From: Octopus sinensis
Lineage: Eukaryota
Direction of reading: 5' to 3'
Assembly: GCF_006345805.1 (NCBI RefSeq)
Contig: NC_043007.1
Coordinates: 52,266,001 to 52,330,000 of the forward strand
DNA: 64,000 nucleotides
The position numbers and the translations under genes were made by a program. The notes beneath the pieces were generated by a model, which was not told where the DNA came from, searched no databases, and saw only the letters and a list, made by a program, of their open reading frames with translations. Of the stretch, positions 24,924 through 42,079 are shown one piece after another; positions within the stretch are counted from its first letter, which is position 1, and the number at the start of each line of letters is the position of its first letter.

Positions 24924-27900
24924 ATGAACAAGCCCTTAAATAACGTTATATCATCTCAAGAACATTTATTCTCCAGTGTTATTTTATTTACATCTTTCAA
25001 ATTGAATTTTAGTCTACACTCCGACAAATGGTGGATTGGACTCAAGTAGTAGACTAATCTTTTTTATAATCCATTGATTATAATTATTAGATAATCTGAC
25101 TAATCAGATTTAAAACGTGACAAGTTTTTACAAAACCATTTCATTGATATTTTGTGATGGCTGTGTTAAGAGAATATGAAGGATGGTTTTAAATGTGTTT
25201 TTCTTTTTAAGTTAAAGGGTTAATTTATGTAGAAGAATCGAAGCTGTGCGACAGAAAATTTAAAAGGTATCCAACGTTATAATGATGATGATGATAATGA
25301 AAAAGATTATCAGAATGACGTAGGGTCAAACCTGAGCTATTTTTTTACAACAAATTGCTAGGTTACATTTTATTTGTTTGTTTTTAAGTGATTTTAGGGG
25401 AGATCAGAAGGAACCTGCTGTTGTAGCAGTCACACACGACTTCCTAGCTGGCTTCATTTGTTGAGAAAGATGCCATAAAATGTTTTACGTTTTATTTCAG
25501 AGAAGAAAGTATAAGAGATGAATAGAGAGAGTCAATGAATGAATGAGTGACGAAAAATTAAAAGAGGACAAGGTCCGGAGATAGTGAATAAGAGTATTAA
25601 ACCACAGAAGAAGAGAGCAGGGCAGACTTTATTTTCCGGGAAGGGAAAATTTGTGAATTCTTTAGCAATAAAAGACGTGAAACGGAATATGTATGAGAGG
25701 CTGATGTGACAACTTAATATCGAATGTTAATGTGTAAAAAGTACAATGATAGAATACCAGAAATATTGATAACTATCGAATTTTTTAGTCCATTGAATAC
25801 CTGCAATAATAATCTGTATCAAATATATTAGCTGACCACACCACGTAGAGTACTACTGAATGCACACACACACACACCAATACCTGTCTGTACATATGCA
25901 TTTGTGTTTGTATATTACAATTTGAATAGAAAATGTAATTGAAATATGCGTATATATTCATATAAAATACATTCATACATTTATCTGCTGCACCCTAACC
26001 TAGATATGTATATATTACACTACACAACGCGCGCGTGTATATACACATTTGCAAGTGCATATGTAATGTATGTGCGTGATGTATATAACTACTTCTTTGA
26101 CATGTTCACAAAGAATAATGTATGACATCTGTGGTAAAGAAAAGGATTTTAAAGTGGTTGAAGGCAGAGAAAATGCTGAAGTAGAAAAGAATAAGGAAGC
26201 AGCGAAGAAATTGTTGAATACTCTTAATGAAGCTACTCGTAACTTCCACTGAAAGAGGAATGACGGATAAAAGAAATTAGCGAAAGTATGTTTGGATTGA
26301 AAATGCTTTGTAGTGATAATAATATTGGCTTGTAATATTGGAAATGGAGAAAGAAGCGGGTTAGGAGGAGATTGGCTGGATACTACTTAATGTTTCAGAA
26401 ATATATGAGAGAAAGAGAAAGAACGTTCTGGTTATGTGTCAATAATTAGATCAAGAAATATGTTAAGAAATACAAAACAAAAAGTATGGAATAACCACAG
26501 ACTTAACATATGACAAATTAACAAGATATTGGTAAATAAAACATGACATAAACACATATAGATTGACCATAGATGTCACAACACATTTATTAGGACAAAC
26601 ATACTTAAATAGACATATATACATACACACACACATATATATATACACAAACATATATAAATAAATATATATATATATATATATATATACCACACACATG
26701 TATATATACACACAATATATCTATATATATATATGTTATATATATATACATATATATAAACACACACACACATATCTATATATACACACATATGTACATA
26801 TATATACATAAATATATATACACAGATATATATATGTATATATATATACACACACATATATATATACATATAAGCATACATACATGGATATGTATATATG
26901 TATACATACATAGATATGTATATATGTATACATACATATGCATGTATATATGTATACATACATATATATGCATGTATATATACATATATATCCATACATA
27001 TATGTATATATACATATATTGCATGTATATATGTATACATACATATATACACATGTATATACATACATATATGTATATATACATATATTGCATGTATATA
27101 TGTGTACATACATATATGTATATATATATATGTATACATATATATATATATGTATACATATATATATACACGTGTATATACATACATATATACACATATA
27201 CATATATATATATATGCACATACATATATACATATATACACATATATATATGCACATACATATATACACATACATATATATATATATATGCACATACATA
27301 TATACACATACATATATATACATACATACATATATTCATATATACACATATATATACGTACATATATATATATATATACATACATATATAAGTATATATA
27401 TATACATATATATATAAAAGTATATATATACATATATAAATAAAAATATATATATATACATATATATATATACACACATATATATAAATTTCGTATATAC
27501 ATATATATACATACACACATGTATATATATATATAAATAAACATATATATATATTCATGTATACATATATATATATATATATAAACATATATATATATTC
27601 ATATATAAATATATACACATATATACATACATATGTATATACATACACATATATATACATAGATATATATATATATACACATATATACATATATATACAC
27701 ATATAGACGACATATATATACATATAGATATACACACATAGACATATATATATACATATAGATATACACACATAGACATATATATATACATATAGATATA
27801 CACACATAGACATATATATACATATAGATATACACACATAGACATATATATACATATATAGTATACACACATAGACATATATATTACATATAGATATACA

Positions 27901-28195
27901 CACACATATATACATATATATACATAATATATATACATATATATATATATATACATATATAACATATATATATATATATATATACATATAATACATATAT
28001 ATATATACATATACATATATATACATATACATATATATACATATATATACACTATATATACATATATACATATATATACGTATATATACATATATATACA
28101 TATATATACATATACATATATATACATATATATACATATATATCACAATACATATATATACATAATATACATATATAATATATACATAAGATACA

Positions 28196-28228
<33 letters not shown>

Positions 28229-28536
28229 ATATACATATATATACATATATATACATATATATATATACATATATATACATATATATATATACATATATAG
28301 ACATATATATATATATACATATATATACATAATACATATATATATATACATAATATACATATATCTATATATCCTATAGACAATATATACATATATATAT
28401 ATAGACATAATACATATATATATATACATATATGTATACATATATATATATATATATAAGATACATATATACATATATTATACATATATATATATGAATA
28501 TACATATATATATATACCTATATATACTAATATACA

Positions 28537-28569
<33 letters not shown>

Positions 28570-30037
28570 CTATATATATATACTATATTATATCTACATA
28601 TATATATATATACATTATATATATATATACATATATATAATATATACATATAATATATATATACATATATACATATACATATCTATACATATATATATAA
28701 TAAATATATATATATATACATATATATATTATAAATATATATATATATACATATATATATATACATATATAATATATATTTATATATAATATACATATAT
28801 ATATATACATATATATATACATATATATATCTATACGTATATATTTACATACATATAATATTACATATATATATACATATACATATATATAACTAATACA
28901 TATATATCACGTATACATATAATATATACATATATATATACATATATATTACATATACATAATAATCATATACTATATATATATACATATATATATACAT
29001 ATATATATACATATACATATATAATATATACATGATGATGATGATGAGATATACTATATATATATACATACATACATATATATATACATATATATATACA
29101 TATACATATATATATACATGATGATGATGATGATATATACATATATATATATATACTATATATATATATAATACATAATATATACATATATATACATATA
29201 TATATCCTATATATATAATATACTATATAATATTATTAGAGACAAAACCACTATTTTGCAAAACAAACAAGGAAAGACTTAATCAATACATAAAATTAAT
29301 AAAGGTATACATATATATATATACAAATATATTATATATACATATATCTATATATATATATAATATATATATACATAATATATACTATATATACATATAT
29401 ATACAATATATATATTATACATACATATATATACATATATATATATTTATATACATATTATACATACATATATATACAGATATTATATACATACATAATA
29501 TACATACATATATATATATGCAATATATACCTATATATACATATATTATACATATATATATACATATATACATATATATATACATATATATATTACATAT
29601 ATATATATACATATATATATACATATATATATACATATATACATATATATATACATATATATACATTATATATATACATATATATATACATATTATATAT
29701 ACATATATATATATACATATTCTATACATATATATATCTACATATATATATATATACATATATATATAATATATATATCATATACATATATATACATATA
29801 TATATATATACATATAATACATATATATATATATACATATCTATATACATATTATACACATATATATATACATATATATATATATTACATATATGTATTA
29901 TACATATACATATATATATATCATATATACATATATATACATACACATATATATATAACATATACATATATACATACATATATATATATACATATACTAT
30001 ATTATATATACATATACATATATATATATACATATAC

Positions 30038-30071
<34 letters not shown>

Positions 30072-30177
30072 ATATATAGATACATATATACATATACATA
30101 TATTATATATACCTATACATATACATATTATATACATATATATATACACATATATATATACACATATATATATATAC

Positions 30178-30220
<43 letters not shown>

Positions 30221-30500
30221 TAAACATATATGTATATACATATTATATATACATATATATATATACATATATATATACATATACATATATATATATACAT
30301 ATATATATATACATATATATATACACATACATATATATATACATATATATATATACATATATATATACCATATATATATATACACATATATATATACATA
30401 TATTATACATATACATAATATATATACATATATATTATACATATATATATACACATATATATATATATACATATATATATATACACATATATATACACAC

Positions 30501-30533
<33 letters not shown>

Positions 30534-31234
30534 ATACCATATATATATACATATAATATACATATACATAATATACTATAATATATACATATACATTATA
30601 TACATATATATATATACATATACATATATTATACATATATATACATATATATATACATATACCTACATATATATACATATACATATATGTACATATATGT
30701 ATATGTATATATATATGGTATGTATATGTATATATATGTATATATATGTTATATATATGTATAGTATATATATATGTATATATAGTATATATATGTATAT
30801 ATATGTATATATATTATGTATATGTATATATATATTAAGTATATAGTATGTATAATATATGTTATATATATAACATATACATATATTATATACATGATAT
30901 ATACACATATATATATACATATATATATATACATATATATACACAATATATATATATATACACATAGATATATATATAACACATATATATATACATATAT
31001 ATATATACATATATATATATACATTACATATATATATACATCAGATATATACATATATATACATAATTATATAACATATATATATATACTATATATATAC
31101 ATATAAATATATATATATACATATATATATACACATATATATATACATATTATATATACAGATATATATCTATATATACACATATATATACACATATATA
31201 TATACACCTATATATATACATATATATATACTAT

Positions 31235-31437
31235 ATAAAATATTATTAGAGACAAACCACTATTTTGCAAACAAACAAGGAAGACTTAATCAATACAAAA
31301 ATTTTAATAATAGTCAAAAAACCGCCACTACAATTGTAGTGGCGGTTTTTTTGACTATTTATTAAAATTTATGTATTGATTAAGTCTTTCCTTGTTTGTT
31401 TTGCAAATAGTGGTTTTGGTCTCTAATAATATTTTAT
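31235..31437. repeat. ~200-bp spacer-less palindrome (two ~100-bp arms)
   Basis: TATTATTAGAGACAAACCACTATTTTGC...ACCGCCACTACAA|TTGTAGTGGCGGT...GTCTCTAATAATA; a single-arm copy lies at 29229-29305. Confidence 0.9.
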
Positions 31438-31631
31438 AATATTTTACTATAGATTGGATTTAATCCTAAATCTGATTTTTTCCCTGTAAATTTGGATTTA
31501 TTCCCTATATTATTATATATACATAGATATATACATATACATATATATACATATATTATACATATACATACATATATATATACATATATATATATATATC
31601 ATATATACATATATAATATATACATATATAC

Positions 31632-31682
<51 letters not shown>

Positions 31683-31993
31683 CATATATATATTATATAC
31701 ATATATATATATATAACTATATATATATACTATATATACATTATATATATACATTATATATATACATATAATACATATATACATATATATAATATATAAT
31801 ATATACATTATATATATATATACATATATATACATATATATATATATACATATATATAATATACATATAATATACATATATATATATATATAATTATATA
31901 TATACATATATATATATACATATATATACATACTATATATATATCATATATATACATATACATATATACATATATATATACATATTATATACA

Positions 31994-32218
31994 AGGCGGC
32001 GAACTGGCAGAAACATTAGCACGCCGGGCGAAATGCGTAGCCGTATTTCGTCTGCTGTTACGTCAGAGTTCAAATTCCGCCGAGGTCGACTTTGCCTTTC
32101 ATCCTTTCGGGGTCGATTAATAAGTCCAGTTTCGCACTGGGGTCGATGTATCGACTTAATCCGTTTGTCTCCTTGTTTGTCCCTCTATGTTTAAGCCCTT
32201 GTGGGCAATAAAGAAATA
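31994..32218 (+). mobile_element. Meta-domain SINE, full length, inserted in (TA)n
   Basis: AAGGCGGCGAACTGGCAGAAACATTAGCACG head to GGGCAATAAAGAAATA tail. Confidence 0.9.
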
Positions 32219-32537
32219 TATATACATATATATACATATATATATATATACATATATATATTATCACATATATATATATACATATATATATATCACATAT
32301 ATATTATATACATATATATATTACACATATTATATATATACATATATATATACATTACATATATATTATACATATAATAATATATATATATATATATAGC
32401 ATATATACATATATACCTATATACATATATATATATATACATATATATATAATATACATATAATATATATATACATATATACATATATACATATATATTA
32501 TTATTACAATATACATATAATACCTATATATATACAG

Positions 32538-32576
<39 letters not shown>

Positions 32577-32589
32577 CTATATATAATAC

Positions 32590-32639
<50 letters not shown>

Positions 32640-33218
32640 CATATATATATATATCCATATAATATATAGTATATAATATATATACATATATATACTATTA
32701 CATATATATATCTATACATAGATATATAATACATATATATATATACATATATTTACATATGTATATATATATATACAATATATATATATAATATACATAT
32801 ATACATATATATATATCATATATATACTTATATAGATACATATATTATATATACTCTATACATATATATATACATATATACATATATACAATATTATATA
32901 ATATATATATACATATATATACATATATATACATATATACATAAATATATATACATCTATACATACATATAATATAACATATATACAATATATACATATA
33001 TACATATCTATACATATATACATATATATACATATACATATATAAACATATTATACATATATATACATATATACATATATATACATATATTACATATATA
33101 TCATATATACATATATATACATATATATTACATATATACTACATATATATATCATATATACATATATAAACATATATACATATATACAAAAATATATATA
33201 CATATATACTATATATAT

Positions 33219-33251
<33 letters not shown>

Positions 33252-33561
33252 TATATATATACCAATATATACATATATATATATACATATAATATATATA
33301 TACAATATATATACATATAATATATATACATATTACAATATATATACATATAATATATATACATATATACATTATATATATATATACATATATATATTAC
33401 ATATATATATAATTACATATATACATATATATATATATAATATATATAATATACATGTATATATACATATATATAATATCTATATACATATATATATACA
33501 TATATATTATACATATATATATACATATATATATACTAATATATATATACATATAATATAC

Positions 33562-33592
<31 letters not shown>

Positions 33593-33602
33593 CATAATAT
33601 AC

Positions 33603-33633
<31 letters not shown>

Positions 33634-34840
33634 CATATATATAATATATACATATATACATAGATATATATATATACATATATACATAATATATATACAT
33701 ATTATATATATACATATATATATACTATACAATATAATATACATATACATATATATATATACATATATATATATATCTATACATATATATACTATACATA
33801 TATATAACATATATATATACATATATATACATAATATATATACATATATATACATATATATATACATATATATACATATATACATATATATCATATATAA
33901 CATATATATATACATATATACATACTATATATACATATAATACATACATATATACATACTATATACATATACATATATATACAGATATACATTATATATA
34001 CATATATATACATATATATATACACATATATACTATACATATATCTATACACCTATACATATACACATATATATATATACATATATACATATATACATAT
34101 ATACATATATATATATACATATACATACATCATATATATATACAATACATACATATATAATATATATATACAATATACATATATACATATATAATATACA
34201 TATACTACATATATATATCTATACATATATACATAATATATATATATACTATATACATATATACATATATATATATATACATATCATATATACATATATA
34301 TATATACATATATATACATATATACATATATATACATAGACATATATATAATATATACATATATATATACATATTATATACATATATATATATATATTAT
34401 ACCTATATATATATACATATATATATACATACATATAATATATATAATACATATATATAAGATACATATTAATATACATAATATATACATATATAATACA
34501 TACATATTATATATACATATATATATATAATATATATACATACTATATTATATATATACATATATATACTAATATATACATATATATATATAATATTATA
34601 CATATACATATATATATATACATATATATATATATATCTATACATACATATACATATATATATATATACATATGATATACATATATACTAATACATATAT
34701 AATATACATATATATATACATATATATATACATATATATATCATATATATATACATATATATATACTATATACATATATCATAATATATATACATACATA
34801 TATACATCTATATATATACATATATATATATATAGATTAT

Positions 34841-34872
<32 letters not shown>

Positions 34873-35185
34873 CATACATATATATATATAATATACATAC
34901 ATATTATTTATATATATATACATATATATATATCTATATAATGATCATATACTATATATATTACCTATATATATCCATATACATATACATATATATACAT
35001 ATACATACATATATCTACATATACATATACTATATATATATATACATATACAATAATATATATCATATACATATATAATATATATACATATATTACATTA
35101 CATATACATATAATACATATACATATATATACATATACATATACATACATATACATATACATATATATATTATATATACACATAC

Positions 35186-35216
<31 letters not shown>

Positions 35217-35500
35217 AATATATACATATACATATATATATATATATACATTATATATATATATATATTATATATATATATACATATATATGATACATAA
35301 TATATATATATATATATATATATACATTATATATATATCTATATATATACATATACATATATATATATATACATATATATAATATATATATAAACATATA
35401 TATATACATATACATATACATATATACATATACATATATACATATACATATACATATATATATACATATATATATACATATATATATAATATACATATAT

Positions 35501-35552
<52 letters not shown>

Positions 35553-35945
35553 CATACATATCATATATACATATATATATAATATATAATTAGATATATA
35601 CTCTATTATATATACATATTATATATATATATCATATATATATATATATACATATAATATATATATACATTATATATATATATATACCTATATATATACA
35701 TATATATATATATATATACATAATATATAGATAATATACATAATATATATATATATAATATATACATATATATATCTATATATATACATATATCTATATA
35801 TAATATATACAATATATATATACTATATATATATATATTACAATATTATATATATACATTATACATATAATATATATATATATAACATATATATATACAT
35901 AGATATATACATATATATATATATATATATATTACATAAATATAG

Positions 35946-35976
<31 letters not shown>

Positions 35977-36475
35977 CATATATATATACATATAGATATA
36001 CATATATATATACATATAGATATATATATATACATATATATTCATATATACATATATATATATATACATATAATATATACATATATATATATACATATAT
36101 ATATTACACATATATATACACATATATATAATATACACATATATAGATACAACTATATATAGACACATATATATATACACATACATCTATATACACACAT
36201 ATATATATACACATATATATATACGTATATATATATACATATATATATATATGTATATATATCTACATATATATATATCATATATAATATATACATATAA
36301 TATATATATAGATACATATATATATAATATATATATATACATATATACATATATATAACATATATACATATATAGATATAATATATTACATATATACATA
36401 ATATATATATCTATATACCTATATAACTTATATATTATACATATATATATAATATATACATTATATAGATATACA

Positions 36476-36510
<35 letters not shown>

Positions 36511-36789
36511 CTATATATATATATATACATATAATATATATATATACATATATACATATATATTATATATAATAATACCGAATGATATGATATATATGTA
36601 AAAATGTAATATATAAGCAATATTTACAAATATGAACCATCTGATCTGATTTACCTACCTCAATTTTTCTAATATATAATACCTGTACATCATCTCCAAA
36701 CAACCTTCCGATATATATATATAACATATATACATATATATTATATATACATATACATATATATAGATACATATATACATTATATATAT

Positions 36790-36820
<31 letters not shown>

Positions 36821-37020
36821 TAGATATATAGATATATACATATCTAATATATATAATATATATTACATATATATACATATATACATATATATATATAATA
36901 TATATACATATATATACATATATACATATATACATATATACATATATATATATATAATATACTCTATATATATTATATATATATATATATACATACATTA
37001 TATATATATATATTATATAT

Positions 37021-37112
37021 ACGGCAAACGACTTAGAGAGGGTAGCAACAAGGGCGGTGCCCCAGCATGGCCTCAGCCGATTGCTGAAACAAGTAAAGAG
37101 TAAAAGAGTAAA
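37021..37112 (+). mobile_element. LINE 3'-tail-only insertion
   Basis: GCGGTGCCCCAGCATGGCC shared with the CR1-type 3' end at 16219 and with 39517. Confidence 0.6.
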
Positions 37113-37194
37113 AAGTAATACTATATACATATCTATATATATATATATACATTATATACATATATATACTATATATATATACATATATATATAC

Positions 37195-37240
<46 letters not shown>

Positions 37241-37305
37241 TACATAGATATATATATATATACATATAATATATATATATATACATATATATATATACAT
37301 ACATA

Positions 37306-37337
<32 letters not shown>

Positions 37338-37348
37338 AATAATACATA

Positions 37349-37379
<31 letters not shown>

Positions 37380-37459
37380 TATTCATATACATATATATAT
37401 ATATACATATTATATATATTACAGCTATATATCTAATATACACTATATATATATATAAG

Positions 37460-37516
<57 letters not shown>

Positions 37517-37749
37517 CATATATATTATATATATACATATATAACATATATATATATATATACACATATATATATATATATATATATATATCTATATATA
37601 TATATATATATATACAGATATATATTATAACTATATATATATACAATATATAATATATATACAGATATATATATATATACTATATATATATACATATATA
37701 TATATAGATATATATATATATTACATATATATATATATATATATATTAC

Positions 37750-37780
<31 letters not shown>

Positions 37781-37796
37781 TATAAATATATAGATA

Positions 37797-37828
<32 letters not shown>

Positions 37829-37925
37829 TATAATATCTATACATCATATCTATATCTATATATATATACATATATATTATATACATATACATCCTATATA
37901 CCTATATATATATATATATATATCC

Positions 37926-37974
<49 letters not shown>

Positions 37975-38046
37975 CCTATATATATAGATCTATATACATA
38001 TATAGATATATATACATATATATACATATATATATATATATATAAC

Positions 38047-38087
<41 letters not shown>

Positions 38088-38109
38088 CATAATATATATA
38101 TATATCTAT

Positions 38110-38143
<34 letters not shown>

Positions 38144-38184
38144 ACATATAATACATATATATATATATATATACATATATATAC

Positions 38185-38236
<52 letters not shown>

Positions 38237-38478
38237 CATATATATATATATATCTAATATACATATACCTAATATATATAATATATACATATATATAAAT
38301 ATAACATATATATATATCATATAATTACACATATATATATATATATATATACATATAATATATATATATATAATATACATACATATATATATATATGTAT
38401 ATATATAGATACATATATATATATATACATATAATATATATACATTATATATATATGTATATATATATATATATATAT

Positions 38479-38532
38479 ATAACGGGAGGCTTTAGGAAAA
38501 TAGACAAAAGACGAAGGCAGGTGGAAAACAAA
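38479..38532 (-). mobile_element. PLE terminal fragment (same family as 22582)
   Basis: ATAACGGGAGGCTTTAGGAAAATAGACAAAAGACGAAGGCAGGTGGAAAACAAA matches 22582-22635. Confidence 0.75.
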
Positions 38533-38923
38533 TATACATATATATATACATATATATATATACGTTTAAATATTTGTCGTGCAAGATTTTTTATATATAC
38601 ATATATATATACGTTTAATAGGTGTTGTGCAAGATTTTTTATATATACATATATATATATATACATATATATACTATACATATATATACATTAATATACA
38701 TATACATACATATACATATATATACAATACATATACATATTATACATAACATATATATATATACATATATATTACATATACATATAGATATTACATATAT
38801 ATACATAACATATATATATACATATATATACATATATATACATATATACATAGAATATACATATATATATACATATATACTATAATATACATATATATAA
38901 ATATATATATATACCTATATAAC

Positions 38924-38955
<32 letters not shown>

Positions 38956-38974
38956 ACATATCTAATATATATAC

Positions 38975-39011
<37 letters not shown>

Positions 39012-39430
39012 CATATATATACAATACATATATATATATATACATATACATATATATCAACATATACATATATATATCATATACATTATATATATACATA
39101 TATACAGATATACCATATATAATATATAATATATACATATATTATATATATATATACATATATATACATATATATATACATATATACATATATATCATAT
39201 ATATATTACATATACATACATATATATATACATTATATACATATATATATACATATATATATACATATATAGACTATACATCTATCTACATATATATACA
39301 TAATATATACATATATAATAAGACATATACATTATAGACATATATACATATACATATATATACATATATATACATATATATATATACATATATATATATA
39401 CATAGATATATACATATATTATATATATAC

Positions 39431-39483
<53 letters not shown>

Positions 39484-39515
39484 ACATATATATACATATA
39501 TACATATATAATATG

Positions 39516-39580
39516 ATGCGGTGCCCCAGCATGGCCTCAGCCGGATGGCTGAAACAAGTAAAAGAATAGTAAAAGAAAAT
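39516..39580 (+). mobile_element. LINE 3'-tail-only insertion
   Basis: GCGGTGCCCCAGCATGGCCTCAGCC..CTGAAACAAGTAAAAG as at 37055. Confidence 0.6.
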
Positions 39581-39949
39581 ACATATATATACATATATAT
39601 ACATACATATACATATATATACATACATATATATACATATATATACATACATATATATACATATATATATATACATATATATACATATATATACATACAT
39701 ATATATACATATATATAGATCATTATATACATACATATAATATATATACATATATATATATATACATATAATATATATACATATATATATATATATACAT
39801 ATATATATCTAATATATATATATATATATATATCATATATACATATATATTACATATATATATATATAGACATATATATACTTATATATACAAAATATAC
39901 ATATATATACAAAATACATATAATACAAAATATACATATATATAACAAA

Positions 39950-39994
<45 letters not shown>

Positions 39995-40446
39995 CAATAT
40001 ATACATTATATATAATATATATTTATGTATATACATACAGATAATAAATGATAAATTATATATATTAAAATCATGCAGGGGTATAAAGCACACTTTCCAG
40101 ATTACAACAAGAAGAAGTTGAGATAAATATATGCAAAGTGAATTAATTAAATAAACATTTTAGAAAATCACAAAAGCGCAAAAAAAAACGTTAGAACAGC
40201 TGCTTGTGAGAGGCTGATGTGTTAATTTAGATCAAGAAAGGAAGAAGAAGAAGGGAGATATTCTCTCATATCTAAGAAGCTTAAACTAGATTTTTTGTTA
40301 ATGTAATATTGAAAAATAACCTCGGTGAGATGCATTCCTATAATTGTTTTAATATGTGAAAATGGCATTGAGTGACTGATACTGAAATATAATTTAGTAC
40401 TGGACACTTAATACATCGCAATTATATGGAAATGCAGATTCCTCGG

Positions 40447-40497
<51 letters not shown>

Positions 40498-40590
40498 TAC
40501 ATTAAATTATTAGTTAATCGAAGTAGTGGATAGATTGTTAGCTGGATTAATGGTAGAGGTGTACAGTCTAATGAGTCAGCCATGTCCTAC

Positions 40591-42079
40591 CTTCTAACGT
40601 CGACTGTGGTTGTGCTTCTTTAGGTTCTGTAAAGTTAGGACCTGTTTGTACTGTGGGTTCTGACGAGGAATCGGGTTCTGAGGAAAAGCGGTTCTCGTTG
40701 ATGCTTTGAGTGTTATAGAAAGTAGATGGTTGTTGGTGTTTAATAGTGGTGCAATACGGATCGGAGTCGAGCACGGATAACTGAGGGTCGGAAATCGGAG
40801 GGGATGGTGATTTGGGTTGACTAAAAGAGGGGTCAGCAGATGCTACGACAGGTGTCGACATTGACAGCGATGAATACGCAGGAATTTCACATCGCTGTTC
40901 GTCAAAGCTGTCATCATCATTTTCACTACCAGCAACTTCTACACCATCATTGCCACCTATTACTTCGGGTGCTAGATCGTTCACAAACTGACCACTAGGA
41001 GCTGCAGTCTCAACAGAAGAAGCAACACCAGACAATTTCAGTGGGTCATCATAGCCAAAACTAGTGACAGGAACAGGTGATGGTGTACCTGCATCGCTGG
41101 TGCTAGTAATGAAAGGATCTGAGGGCATAAATGAGGGCGAATCCACCACTTTGCCTTCGTCGGACTGAGAAATTGTCGCAACATCATTTGCTTCAGAAGA
41201 ACCAAAGGGGGGAATTTCGGAATGGAAGGGTGCCTGGAGGGTTGGTGATGTTTGAGGTGACAATGAAGAATCTAAAGGGGAAAGTTGTGGTGCTTGGACA
41301 TTATCTGGAAATTTATCAACCGCGTTGGCTGAATCAGCCACAGCAGAAGTCGAGTAAACAAAATCGTTATCTTTAACCACATCTACTTCATCATCTTCAA
41401 TATCATTATATTCGATGAGGGAACTTTCTCCATCGTCATCTTCATCATCGTACTCGTCTTGACTGTGTTGTTGGTCCTCACTGTGTTTCGATGTAAGCAC
41501 AGTCTGACCTCTAACAAGACTATCATGGTCATATTTCTCATAATCGTCGCTGTCAGAATCTCCACTGTCAACCTCATCGTCTTTAGACGATGGTTCATTT
41601 AGATGGTGCTGCTGGTGTTGCGATAAAGGTGGTGGTGGTGAAGAATCAGACATTCCATAATTACTATTGTCAAGATTAAAATTTTCTCCAGTGTCATGGG
41701 TAGCGATTTGAACACGACTAGCATTATAGTTACTGTCATGATCAACAGGGTTATAAGTATTAGAAATTAGCTCACCCGGGGTATAGGATGAAGATGACTG
41801 AGCCGAATTGTTGCTGCCGCTGCTGGTGGTATTCGAACTTGGGTTAACCGTGTTACTTGAGGTGATGTGCGAATCAAAACCGAAGTCATCATCCAGAGGA
41901 TTAGACGAAGAAATCGATCCAGAAGACATCATCTGATGAGGTGCTGACGGTTGAGGCTGCAGAGGTTCCGACTGGAAAGCACTAGAACTGTAATTATCCA
42001 AATTGCCTAAATGGCTATCTCCGAGGAGGTTGCCAACTGAATCCGGCTGGGTCATGTTATTAATGCCTTCGTCAGCCAT
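40591..42079 (-). CDS. Probable first coding exon (~496 codons) of a host gene: acidic, Ser/Pro/Asp-rich disordered N-terminus; family not identifiable (long reticulon-type N-termini look similar, unproven)
   Basis: 1.6-kb open frame in otherwise ORF-poor DNA, higher GC, ATG at 42079 in strong context (GCCATGG), reads MADEGINNMTQPDSVG...QPQSTLEG, then donor G|GTAGGA at 40591/40590. Confidence 0.75.

Larger units (their letters stand above)
26600..40050. repeat. ~13.5-kb degenerate (TA)n/(TACA)n/(TATACA)n simple-repeat field with small embedded inserts
   Basis: Direct inspection; all ORFs here are I/Y/M/C/V/H/T repeat translations. Confidence 0.98.

Noticed and set aside
26070-26252. Short charged ORF (MYDICGKEKDFKVVEGRENAEVEK...)
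   Set aside because: No clear splice acceptor or domain; it cannot be distinguished from chance purine-rich sequence.
26463-40093. Dozens of long ORFs (up to 592 aa) rich in I/Y/M/C/V
   Set aside because: These are translations of (TA)n/(TACA)n repeats, which lack stop codons in some frames.
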